DNA of 38,428 bases, from the NCBI RefSeq assembly GCF_001186125.1, contig NW_014040326.1:6807-45234 (forward strand), written 5' to 3'. This document shows, in pieces, positions 25,095 to 36,700 of the stretch (positions within the stretch are counted from its first letter, which is position 1; the number at the start of each line of letters is the position of its first letter). Under the pieces are notes generated by a model that saw nothing but the letters and a program-made list of their open reading frames with translations, made no database searches and had not been told where the DNA came from. The DNA comes from Sphaeroforma arctica JP610 (taxonomy: Eukaryota). The position numbers and the translations under genes are program-made.

Positions 25095-28000
25095 AATGGA
25101 TTGCTAGTAGGCGTGTGCTACAGAAGTGCAATGTAACGCTTCGATTGGCGAGTGTGCAAACCGCTGAATTAACAGCCCTGTGATGGTGCCTCGAAAGTAA
25201 ATAGGGTCTTACCAATTGTCATACATATACACATGTTCGACATGATCCGTGAGTAGCGGATGAAAATGTGAAAAGAGTGATATTGTTTGGCGCGTGCTAA
25301 ATGAGCCTTACTTCTCATATCATATTGCTATCATGTTTACACTTATTGATTGCCAAAACACGTTCTCAATATTACGGTGTTGGTATGTGTATCATTTCGT
25401 TGCACATATGGGTATTCTTGCCTACCTATCAACTTTATTTTTTACCAATTTTTAAAACGAAAATATCTACTGAGAGTGCCTATGTATAACTCGGAATCTG
25501 GATTCAGCTTACATTCGAATCAAGCATATTAATATGACGATCCATTTTATTGGCACGTGTCCTTATTTGGAGCTTTGATTCATGGTGTAATGGGCTACAC
25601 TGAACATGTAAAATGCCAGATATTGAAATAGTTTAAAAGTATGTATACACATATGTGCGATGTGGCACGAAAATGGTTACATAATTTGGTATACCTAGAG
25701 TGACAGAGTGATAAGCTTCCAGTTATCGCGTAGTACATCTTTATTTATATGTAGAGACAATCGAAACGTTGGCAGATTTTATCGCGTGACGAATGCCGAC
25801 TCCCTACATAGCATTAAAATGTGAAAGATATAAAGAATGTATGGCATGTTCTTACAGTTAATTTCGCAAAGGATAGCACCCATCAAATACTGATAGTATC
25901 ACGCTGGTATACTCTAGTTTTCAGTTGAGTCGGGTACCTGAAAATAAATTATACTGCGAGCAGACTATTGCTTTTCAGAGACACGTTGCAGCATGATCTA
26001 CCCAAATTTCCATGGTGAGTATTATTGGCATCACGATTCAATTATTTCGAATTAATTCATGCATATTCATCTATCTACAGACTCTCAGAACAATAACTTA
26101 TGTGAGGGCAAATTGTGAATATATCGTATCAGAAGTATCACACATGGGTGAAAAAATCGTGAATTTAAATTGTTGTTTTTAGAGAATACATGGGATACTC
26201 GCAGCCTAGTACCGGGGTACTCACTTACAGCCATGGGTGTCGCCATCGTGTACACGTGAGCAGATGTGGGACTTAAACTAAACTCACGCCGACTAAGTTG
26301 ATTGAATGCATGCCTGACTAATAACACGAAAGAAACAGATTATCTCTACTAGGGTGAAATGTGAATGCGATGAATTGAAAGATAGTCACGACGAAGCTGT
26401 TCGTATTGCAAAACGGTGTGTCCAATAGACAATACTGCTACTAATTGATCGTAGTGTATTCTAAAGTTTAGGCAGAATGTCGTCTGTAAGTCGACCCACT
26501 TTCTGTCAAAACCACAGCAGCGCAACTGATAATATATTGTTTCGTATAGCGATGTTTCGACGCCCAACAGAGGCAAGGAGAGAGGTGTTCATAACCCATT
26601 TTAATATTTAAGTCCTAAAATAACTGCGTCATTATGTCGAGAATTGATCTAAGTGCCGCGTAGATGACAAAGATGCACATCAAGATTTCACAGTATGTGA
26701 TATGAAGACAAAGTACTACATCATATACGCTCGAGGACATAAGTGAAGATGTATATGGCAATCACCTTTTAAAGTTAGTCTGGTAAATATTTATTTCAAT
26801 GGAACCACGTGTCCCGGTGCAATAATATTTACTGTGATAAATTCGGTGATATTTCTATCCGGATCGTTTTATTATTTTAGAAAGCTATTCTCACTCTATG
26901 TATCAGTCTAAATGCCGAACTGGAGAAATTCTGAAATTCTGAAATGTCAAATAGGATATATATCAACTCCGCTGCGATGGAACGACAGTCATGCATCATG
27001 CGTGATGCTGCATGCACTGATGCGAACATCTGCGTCTCTGCGACGAGCTTTCCAGTTTCCTGCCTGTTGATTGTTGACTGTTGACTGTTGACTGTTGAGC
27101 GATATCCAGTTCAGTCAAAGCTCGGAGTCGGTCTGGGAAGTCGATCAAGTCGGAGACTCGGAGCCTCGGAGCCTCGGAGTAGGAGGTCTACATATGATTC
27201 ATTGATTCTATGAGTCTACTTGAGGAATTCTGACCGGAATTTTCAAACACAGTTTATTATTGGATGTACAATATTGAAAATACTTTTATTGACAATTGTA
27301 AATATGTACAATTGTCACAATTTGTCCAAAATAAAAATACAACTGCTTTTCAGCTTTTGCCATTTATTTACTTTTTAGCCTTTTTTGAAAGAAGGTCTCT
27401 AGCTGCTTGGCACTTGCATACAACAAAGGAATTTTTATTGTTTGGTTTGTAAAAAACCCCAAATAGAACATTTGTATTTCGTTGTGTTTTTATTTTATTT
27501 TATTTTATGTAGCCTTCTTCTTTATTTTTTAAAACAATTAGACAAACAACAACAAATATCTTTCACTTTTATATTGCTTTTGTTTTTTTAGAGCCTCAGT
27601 GCCTCACGGCTCACGCCCAGGGCTCCGGGCTCCTGAATTTGTGACTGGACGCTGCAGTGACTGCAGTCTGCACAGTCTAGTTACTAGTGCCTACTTATGT
27701 AGGCTCACAGGAGTGGCAGGAGTAGTCACAGAGCACTAGGCCACAACACTTGCCAACAACAGACCACAGGCTCAACACAAGGTGTCAAAATGAAACCCTC
27801 ACAGCCTCACACTCTCACACACCTCAGGCCTCATACTTCACGATATATATGCAAATCTAAACTAAATATTAACTGATAGTAGTTGTGATAAGTAGACAAC
27901 GGATATAATATCATTAGGCTATATCGGTTTATGAATTTCTAAGGAGTCCGTCTGTGCTAAAAAAAAGAGATGGCAATATTCAACAGCTGGCAATATGCCA

Positions 28001-28689
28001 GTCTGTCAGGGTTGAGGATTCCGAGTTCTCCCTCCCTCTACACTGAGTTTAAGTACTCTACTACTGTTACTACTATAAATGTAAAACAACAAGAAGAAGA
28101 AAATCTCCTCAAATAAAGTCAACGCGTCAGCAGACTGCCCGCTAACTATATATACCACTATATTAGTCTGCAGTAGTCTGGTTAGAACTATACGCCACTA
28201 TTTACAGTACTTCGTTGTTTTACATTCAACAACAGCTCAGTCTGCTTCTGTATTTCTGATTTCAGTGTTTCTAATCTTGTCAATTACTCCACGATCTAAA
28301 TACATTTATTCTTATACATACCCCGATTTCACCACTTCTGCACTTCAGCGAGTCCAACATCCACACTAATCGCGTATATTTTAGAGATTCCTTCTTTTAT
28401 ATGGGGCTTGTATACACAAAAGGTGGAGTGTTCCAAACCTCGATATGATGACTAAATAAACATCCAATGCAGCCGGTAAATATGTATTCTATAGGGAGAA
28501 GATATCAACCAAAAATCATCAGTGTATAATATAGCTGTAACGGTAAACATGTAGCCTATAGCGAGAAGATATCGACCAAAATCCATCTACATACACCTAC
28601 ATACACCTCCAAATTAGTCTGAAGAAAATGTCGAGTATTTAAAAAACTCTGTTATCCTACACACACATATATATATCATTTAATGCACA

Positions 28690-29480
28690 TCAACGCCTGA
28701 GGTTGACAAGGACAAAAACGAATTCGTTTTTAACGAGGTATCCGATATTCCCGCTGACCCGCTTCCTTCGCCAACCTGTACGCATTTTTATATGCCTTCA
28801 GCTACTTTGGTAGTCTTCTATTAATGTATTCGCAAACCGTCTGTAAGTGGCCAGAGGTGGACTATTACTTACGCATTTTCCGCTATGTCGGTTTACCTTT
28901 ACGATTGTGAAACAGAATATGCCGGTATGACCATCGCCACGTCTGCTCTATCGAGTTACGGCTTACGGCACCGGCTGTTTATGAACAATGCAGGGAGCCA
29001 TGACATTATCATACTCTACCAAGGTCTTCGGAGTCGTATCCAACCTTTCCTGAACAATGGGTAACTTATTTTGTGTTCTGTGGTCTAATACAATGGTACT
29101 CGGCGCAATTCTCGCCCTGATCCTCGTCGTTCACCCATCCAAAATGTCGAAGCAGATGATGCCCGAATCAATCATGAGTGCCGTCGTTTTTAAAGACAAG
29201 CACATACTTCTGATTTTGCAATTCAAATAGGGTTATGCTTAAGATTTCGATATGACACCGTTTGTTTCGATACCGAGACTCGTCTCAACTGTGCGATTTT
29301 CTGGGATATGCAAATGATATTTACGTGCGTACGTGCTGGGATCTCTTTTCCTTCATTGATAGCACTACTTTGGGCCTAAAACATCGTGCACGTATAGAAC
29401 TTGTCTGTGTTGGTGATTTCTGATTTCAACCTTACTCAGTTGGCGTATACAACATGGTTCAAATTTACATACGAATTCAA
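28690..29480 (+). pseudogene. Decayed UNC-93-like (MFS/DUF895-type) membrane protein
   Basis: Fragments across frames: ANLYAFLYAFSYFG; GQRWTITYAFSAMSVYL; TIATSALSSYGTGCL*TMQGAMTLSYSTK...NLS*TMGNLF (after removing a 7-nt duplication ttacggc at 28956-28969); LGAILALILVVHPSK; VFKDKHILLIL; FDTETRLNCAIFWDMQMI; FIDS...RARI. These resemble, in order, recalled UNC-93-like motifs (AGLLWTAQGAIMMSYP, FW..FNLG, F..RTRALN...YW..Q). Confidence 0.6.
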
Positions 29481-30639
29481 GAAAATCTCAGCAGATTTCA
29501 ATGTACATACAAATACAAGGAAGTCCCAGCGGATACCCGAATAATGGATTGCTGCCGGACTATTTGCATGTATGGGTTTTGCTGATGCACTTGTGCACAT
29601 GTACTCTTTAATACTGGATCATAGACTTTATCTCCAGTCCACCACTTGCACTTGCTCAGTTTGCTTGTTACTACGAGGGTGTTTAATCTCTCGGCGCTGC
29701 AATGGCAGATGGTGATGTACCTTGCCTTAGCTGTTGCAATGATGCTTGTCACATGGGTAGTTGTTTCATAGGTAGCGAAGCAAGTGCAATTAAATCTATC
29801 GCGAAAAACAAGTACGTGCATTGTAGTGTGTTCACCATAGAAGCATCACATGCTTCATAAATAAAGAGATCGAATGTATAAATGTAATTTATAGATACCC
29901 TTGGTTGTCGGGCTGTGATGCTACGTTGTGAAATATCTTTTAGTAGCCTCACCACACTCCCACATTAGATAATTTTCCTCATCGTCACAAGCAAGATTCG
30001 ATTTAAGGGTGTGTACTAAGACCAGTGACCGAATGTGTGATTAATATGTGAATACGCTGGTATAAATATGTCATTTATGCCACAGCCTTCTGAAAATTAA
30101 ATTTCCGATTGCTCTCCACAAGCGCATTCGTACTTGGAGACATTCCAAGAGACCGCAGAAATACAATCAGCATAGATAAATTGTTAAGTGGCATTGGCGG
30201 GATAGTCTGGGTACATTTGCTACATCAACATTGCATGTTGTGTGTGCTTAACCGGTACAACATAGAGACTTCTCGAGATAAACAAAATAGACTATGTAGA
30301 CAATACTACTGCCACCGTCCCTTTACCCTCAAATATTATCACGTAGAGTGTTCACAAGGGGCGAGGTTGGCGTGTTGGGTTTATACGAGAACGTGTAGTG
30401 TGTTATTGTATATAGTGTCCATAGCCGTCTGTCACTAAATCAAAGTACATAGGATCGTGGTAAATATAAAAATAAGTACAGCAAAGGATACTGGGCCAGC
30501 TTGCATTCCGTATTATTATTTTGGGTCTCGAGCAGGGACAGGAGATGGAGATGTCGAGGGGGAAACTGGAAAGGGATAAATACAAACATCATACAGCTTT
30601 ACAATAAATATATCAGAAATTTGTATAAAAAAAATCTAT

Positions 30640-30785
30640 TGTGGCGCCATCATGGCGCAGCGCGATCGGCGTCGGGCAGCCGGCATTTAGCCTAATCCAA
30701 CATCGCTATGCGAGTGGCCAATGAAATTTGATTGCGTCATCATCTTTGACTTCATTTGCTTCACATTGTATTTATAAAAAAAAAG
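30640..30785 (+). promoter_or_regulatory. Candidate promoter of the oxidoreductase (CCAAT box, ttgcgtca bZIP-like site, TATA-like tataaaaa)
   Basis: ggccaatg at ~30716, attgcgtcat at 30731-30740 and tataaaaa at 30773-30780, following a GC-rich patch about 350-490 nt upstream of the ATG. Motif matching only. Confidence 0.35.
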
Positions 30786-31131
30786 GCTCTCTGCCCAGTG
30801 GCCCTCTGGGCGTCTGGGCTAATCCTCTCATTCCTCGAATCCTCTGGTATGCTTGATGCTTCTCAAGCAAATTCTATTTTTTTCGCAATGAATAGTCTAT
30901 ACTTATTTGGAAGGCAGTTTGACTAGTTTTGAAAGGTAGTTTGACTTAAGAGATTAATGTTTTAATATGGGGATCCCGAGACTTTACTATTGATTAAACA
31001 TCCAGCACAGAGATAGCAATAAAGAGATCCATCTCACCACACACCATTTTCATTATCGGAAGCCAGGCTGTAGCTGGTTGCTAATGACACTACCTGACCT
31101 GTATTGATTGACTCATCTATCCTTTAAGAAA

Positions 31132-32727
31132 ATGACTGTTGCAAACTCACATACGCCAGATATTCGAAACTGCTTTGATGTGTGCATTGTGGGTGCAGGC
31201 CCTCACGCTCTGGCCACTCTGTGTGCCCTGCTGACTCCTAAAGCCAAGCTTACTGATTCGCAGTGTCAGCGGTCCTCTCAATCTCGATCGCGTTTACCCT
31301 CTGTGTGCGTTGTAGACCCCAATGGCAGCTGGTTGTACGACTGGAAGCATAACTTTGAGACTTTAGGCATAGATTATCTGCGTTCGCCCGTTTCTGCCCA
31401 CCCCGATGCTCACGATGAATCGGCGTTGCTCGAATTCGCCTTCAGCAGAAATCGGTGTCACGAGCTCTACGAACCAGACTACTCGCGCACCTGCCTCAAG
31501 GGGTTGCCTGAGCTCACAACGGGTCTATTCAAATTACCGGGTTCTAAGCTCTTCGCCGATTTCTGTGATCACCTGGCCGAGTCCTTATCCCATCAGTTTA
31601 TCAAAGGTAAAGTAGACGCTATTAAACGCTGTCCTAAAAACATGCGAACATACAACAACGAGACAATGGACAACAACATACAGTACAAAGTTACTGTGTC
31701 TTGCACAAATCACACAGCCGCCACCAATGTGGGCGGCAGCAGCGACAGTGGCATTGACACCAACGACAGTAGCAGTGATCAGTGCCACAGGCACGTCTAC
31801 GCTAAGCATATAGTTCTCGCACTCGGCAGTGGGGGCGCCGCAAACGTACCGGAATCGCTACGGAAATTTCAGGACACTAAAGATGTCTACGGTCAAAAGC
31901 ACATAGTACATTCCACAGAGTGTACGTGTGCAAACAACATTAAGGACGCCGCCAACAGGTATCAAGAGCAAAACCAAACGGTGTTGGTTATTGGCGGGGG
32001 GTTGAGTGCCGCTCAGGCCGCCCTAGCCGCAATCCGCACTCATTCCGGTAACAAGAGGAGAAGAGTGATACTCTGCTCCCGGAGAGAGCTCGTTACACGG
32101 AGGTTCGACCTGCCTCTTCAGTGGCTCGATCGGAGACACGCGCAGAAGTACATGTATGACTTCTATAGTGTGCCGTACGAACAACGGGGCGAATGGATAC
32201 ACGACGTCCGGGGGGGTGGCAGCATACCTCCCGAGTACATGAGCAGACTGATCGCAGCTGAGCGCCAAGGTCAGCTGGAACTGATGGTCGACACAGTGGA
32301 TCGGGTGGAACACGTGACCGAACAGGGTGTGAGTGCATTGCGCGTGAGCTTTCAGGGCGCCAGTGACAGCAGTAGTAAACATCTCGAGCCCTTACTAGTC
32401 CACAGAGTCATCCTCGGCACGGGCCATAAGCCAGATTGTACGGAGGTGCCACTGTACCGGACTCTGCTCAAGCGGTTCAAGTACAAGTTACCCATCACCC
32501 GAACACCGAATCCTTTGCCCGTACTGAATGAGGATCTCCAGTGGGGTGAGGAGCAGATCACAGTGGTAGGTAGACTGGCTGCATTGAGCCTGGGCCCAGA
32601 TGCTGGTAACCTCATGGGCGCCTCGCGGGCTGGTAAGCTGCTGGCATCTCAGCTGGGTGTATTTTCGCATCTGTACACGTGCGATAATGTTCTGTCCAAT
32701 TCGTTCGGACTGTTGGATAGTATATGA
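31132..32727 (+). CDS. Single-exon FAD/NAD(P)-binding oxidoreductase (flavin monooxygenase / L-lysine 6-monooxygenase-like superfamily), 531 aa
   Basis: Uninterrupted ORF from the first ATG (31132). FAD-binding DVCIVGAGPHAL, LRSP..HPD motif, second dinucleotide motif VLVIGGGLSAAQAA, RGGGSIP, ILGTG and C-terminal LGPDAGNLMGA. Confidence 0.9.
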   Translation: MTVANSHTPDIRNCFDVCIVGAGPHALATLCALLTPKAKLTDSQCQRSSQSRSRLPSVCVVDPNGSWLYDWKHNFETLGIDYLRSPVSAHPDAHDESALLEFAFSRNRCHELYEPDYSRTCLKGLPELTTGLFKLPGSKLFADFCDHLAESLSHQFIKGKVDAIKRCPKNMRTYNNETMDNNIQYKVTVSCTNHTAATNVGGSSDSGIDTNDSSSDQCHRHVYAKHIVLALGSGGAANVPESLRKFQDTKDVYGQKHIVHSTECTCANNIKDAANRYQEQNQTVLVIGGGLSAAQAALAAIRTHSGNKRRRVILCSRRELVTRRFDLPLQWLDRRHAQKYMYDFYSVPYEQRGEWIHDVRGGGSIPPEYMSRLIAAERQGQLELMVDTVDRVEHVTEQGVSALRVSFQGASDSSSKHLEPLLVHRVILGTGHKPDCTEVPLYRTLLKRFKYKLPITRTPNPLPVLNEDLQWGEEQITVVGRLAALSLGPDAGNLMGASRAGKLLASQLGVFSHLYTCDNVLSNSFGLLDSI

Positions 32728-33287
32728 TGGGTTTTAAATCAGCGATCCGGAATCACACCACAGGGAGTATATATTTTTTACTAAAAAAAATAGATGGTTT
32801 TTGATAAAATTCTTATTGATATGTTTGTGTATCTAAACTTTCATATACCTATATGCGCGTGTCTGTAGACAACTCACTGGCCATGTAGATATATAAATAG
32901 GATCATTGATCGTTTCCATATCCTTGTATGATCTGCATGAGACCTGTTGCGATCTTCCCATTGTAGTGGTTGTCTTGTTTTATTTCCATATTTGAATTAT
33001 ACACATCTTGGAGGTAATTAGAGCATCTGGCCAATATCTTGCTACTATCGCACAATCATCAGATACAAAGTGTACTAACGCGCCCAAGACAAAGTATCAC
33101 TATGAATATGTATCATACATCAGTATTCATAATGATATCTACAAATTTATTCATCGTATATATATGTATATATATATGTATATATATATGTATATATATA
33201 TATATGTATACATATATGTATATATATATCTATCTATCTATCTATATACATCTATATATATATATATATATATACATATATGTATAA

Positions 33288-33325
<38 letters not shown>

Positions 33326-33791
33326 TATTCATATGTAGAAGAATATATCTTCGAATAAATTCGCAGATGTATTTATATATGCACGCATAACAGGCCCATC
33401 CTGCATCTGTAATCGGCAAACTTTTTATGGGCATGTGCCACGTGATTCTTCACGACGCTCTAATCCGTTTGTATACGGATACAGATATACACGTGCACAC
33501 ACACGCACTGTGTGTGCATATAATGGTGTTGGTTGTTAGTATCTACACGTTTTAAGAAACAGACAATTTGTACTCAGTGTATATAACCTTCACGCCGACA
33601 ACGGCTTCGCCAATGCCCACTAGCTCATAACCAATCCGATGGTTTCCATGTATGGATATTTATTCCAGCGTCGGGCTAATCTAATCCTAATCATCTTGAA
33701 CGGCACAAGTGTGTATACACTACTTCTGTTGAGCCTGTATTAGCATGCACAATTACGTTCATAACAAGCATTATGTTCACATCAAGCGCAT

Positions 33792-36700
33792 TTATGTGGT
33801 GTTTGTGCCTTCTCGAGATATCTTCTCTAAAAGACAGGCAAGGAGTGCCTGTGATAAGGCTCCGTTCTTGTACTCCGTACCCGGCATCTGTCCGATATAT
33901 ACACATAGAAGAAAGTATTAGTAAAAACAAGAAAGTGTTAGTATAAACAAGAAAGAACTAGCACAAGCAACAAAGTATTAACAAATATAACAAAGTAGAA
34001 GTACAAACAAGAAAGTAATCCTATTTTACCAATAAAACCATGGACACCAATGCAATATCTCCATTTACTCAGTGTTACTAAAACTACACAGAGGTATATA
34101 TATATATATATATATGCATATCTCAAGCACATGACTACCAGTGTGGTCTGAGCATACCTGCATGGCTGGTTCAGTGTGGTACATATTCTCCAGATACACC
34201 AGACTGGCCCCCGGCATTCGCCCGTCTGCGGGTGCTACCATTCCATCGTTCTTTGTGCCTACTGCTTTCATAATAACATCGTGGCAGAACTGTTGATAAA
34301 AGAATAGTGCGTGTGCCAACTTAAGGTGTGTCTGTGGAGAGTGGTGAAAGCGCATGCTTTCCAACGGCTTTCATTTCATAATATCAAATCACAACTGTTG
34401 ACAACAAGATAGCTTTGTGTGTTAATTTAAGACGTGTCTGTTTTGCATGGGAAATGTGCATGCTTTCCAACGGTTTTCATTTCATAACATCATGATCGAA
34501 ACTGTTGATAAAAGGTTACTTTTGTGTGCTAAATTAAGGCGTGTCTGTGGCGAATAGGGTATGTGTATGCTTTCCGGCGGCTTTCATTAAAGGCGAAACT
34601 GTGCAGGACGTTATATTGTATATGTGTTAAAAAATGAGCCTCTGGAGGTACAAGTATAGTGTAGTTGTGCAAAAGAAAGGCATGTGCTGAGCAGAAGCTA
34701 CCGCCAATGTAGCATGGGGCTTAAGCACACTAGCAAACGGAGAGTAGGGGGCGGCGGTCGAATTCAAGGCGAAGCAGACACCTATTCTGCAGAAGGAGTC
34801 AGACCACAACCGATACTATAAGCGGTCGCTAATATAATTATTAAACCCCAACCCTGGAACCTTAATACCTAAAACCCTAAAAACCCTATACGAAAAAAAA
34901 AGAACAGAGAAATCCACCGATATACAACCATCTGTGTACAAGCGAAGGAAGCGTACTCTACCATCCCTTCGTGGGAGGAAGTGCGAAGTTGAATGCTTTA
35001 GACATACCCTCATTGACCCCAATATAATTGTAAATATAATGAATATACAGACGCACTGCTAAAATAAATACAATTAAAACAAATATACAGATTTTGGTAA
35101 AATAAGTGCGAAGTTGAATGCGCTGAATGCTTTAGATATACCCTCATTGACCCCAATATAATTGTAAATATAATGAATATACAGACGCACTGCTACTATA
35201 TATATAAATATAACAAATATACAGATTTTGGTAAAATAAGTGCGAGCCTGAATGCTTTAGACATACCCTCATTGACCCCAATATAATTGTAAATATAATA
35301 TACAGACGCACTGCTAAATAAATATAAATATAACAAATATACACATTTTGGTAAAATAAGTGCGAAGTTGAATGCTTCAGATATACCCTCATTGACCCCA
35401 ATATAATTGTAAATATAATGAATATACAGACGCACTGCTACTATAGGTATAAATATAACAAATATACAGATTTGGTAAAAAAGTGCGCATTTGAATGATA
35501 TAGACATACCCTCATTGATCCCAACCCGGCTAGTTCATTGATTGTATCCAGGTTCTCCTTCTTTAGTTCAAACCCCCCGTACGTGCACATGTTCACTGTG
35601 GGGACTGTGGTACACAGGTCGCGCAATAAATATGAAGTATATGAGAAACATCGAGAAGATACGAGAAAGTAATAAGTAGGGTAGTATGAAATATATGAGA
35701 AACATCGAGAAAATGAGAGATTAGGCAGATATTGTAGTAACACGCACATGGGAAAAATAAACAAGATGAGAGCAAGCAAATATTATAGTATGAAGCCCAT
35801 GAGAGATTATCGAGACAACAAAATGAGAGAGAAAGCCAATATTGTAGTATAAAGCATATGGGGAAATAATCGAGAATACACGAGAAAGCAAAAGGTACTG
35901 TAGTTTGGTACTGTAGCTGAGAACGGTACTGTAGCTAAAGGGTACCTATAAGGTACTGTAGCTGATGAGATGGTTCTAATGAAGAACATGTAAAGGCATA
36001 GAGTAAAGCAAACTTCTGAGTGCCATACAGGGCAATTAACGAGATGATTGCTCTTCCTGCTATCTAATTCGGATCTCTTTCGGATAGTCTTCTGTGAGGG
36101 GGTATGCCTGATAGTCATACATAAAATCTAAATAACCTACATCATTACGTACCACACTCATACTCTTCTGAGTGCCATGCAGGACAATTAACGAGGAGCT
36201 TTCTCTTCCTGCCATCTAATTCATACCACTTTCGAATAGCCTTCTTTGAGGGGTTATGCCCGATGGTCACACATAAATTCGATAACCTCCATCATTATAC
36301 ACCACACTCATACAATTCTGAGTGTCATACAGGAAAATTAACGAGGAGCTTACTCTTCCTGCCGTCGAATTCGTATTGTTCTCTGATCGCCTTCCTCGAG
36401 GGGTACGCCAGATCTTCGTATGCCGCTTTCTCACCCGCAAACAATGTCTCGACTACTTTGGTAGCAGCCTTGTCCACAGGATTATTCACCACCCAATCAA
36501 TCATATAGGAACCTGTGCATATGTGATTAGCAGTACGAGTTCGGGATTAGTACTGGCATTACGTTTCCTAAGTAAGTACGCATGAACAAATACACAATAC
36601 ACGTATCCCGATGGGTTGAGATACCACTCAATCAAGCATAAAAGTATCATGCATATGTGATTAGCTGCACGAGTTTGGGATTAGTACTAACAGTACGATT

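Noticed and set aside
26085..26576. Two short minus-strand ORFs (also 22328-22619 and 29498-29955) as genes
   Set aside because: No recognisable motifs or convincing splice structure; they may be unrecognised decayed sequence but cannot be supported.
22798..29480. Stop-codon reassignment (TAA or TGA read as sense) as the explanation for the in-frame stops
   Set aside because: Both loci also carry frameshifts and deletions, intact neighbours terminate at TAA (33792) and TGA (32725), and Trp is encoded by TGG elsewhere. Pseudogenisation is simpler.
31108..31131. TTG start given by the ORF track for the oxidoreductase
   Set aside because: Eukaryotic context; the first in-frame ATG (aaaATG) is at 31132.
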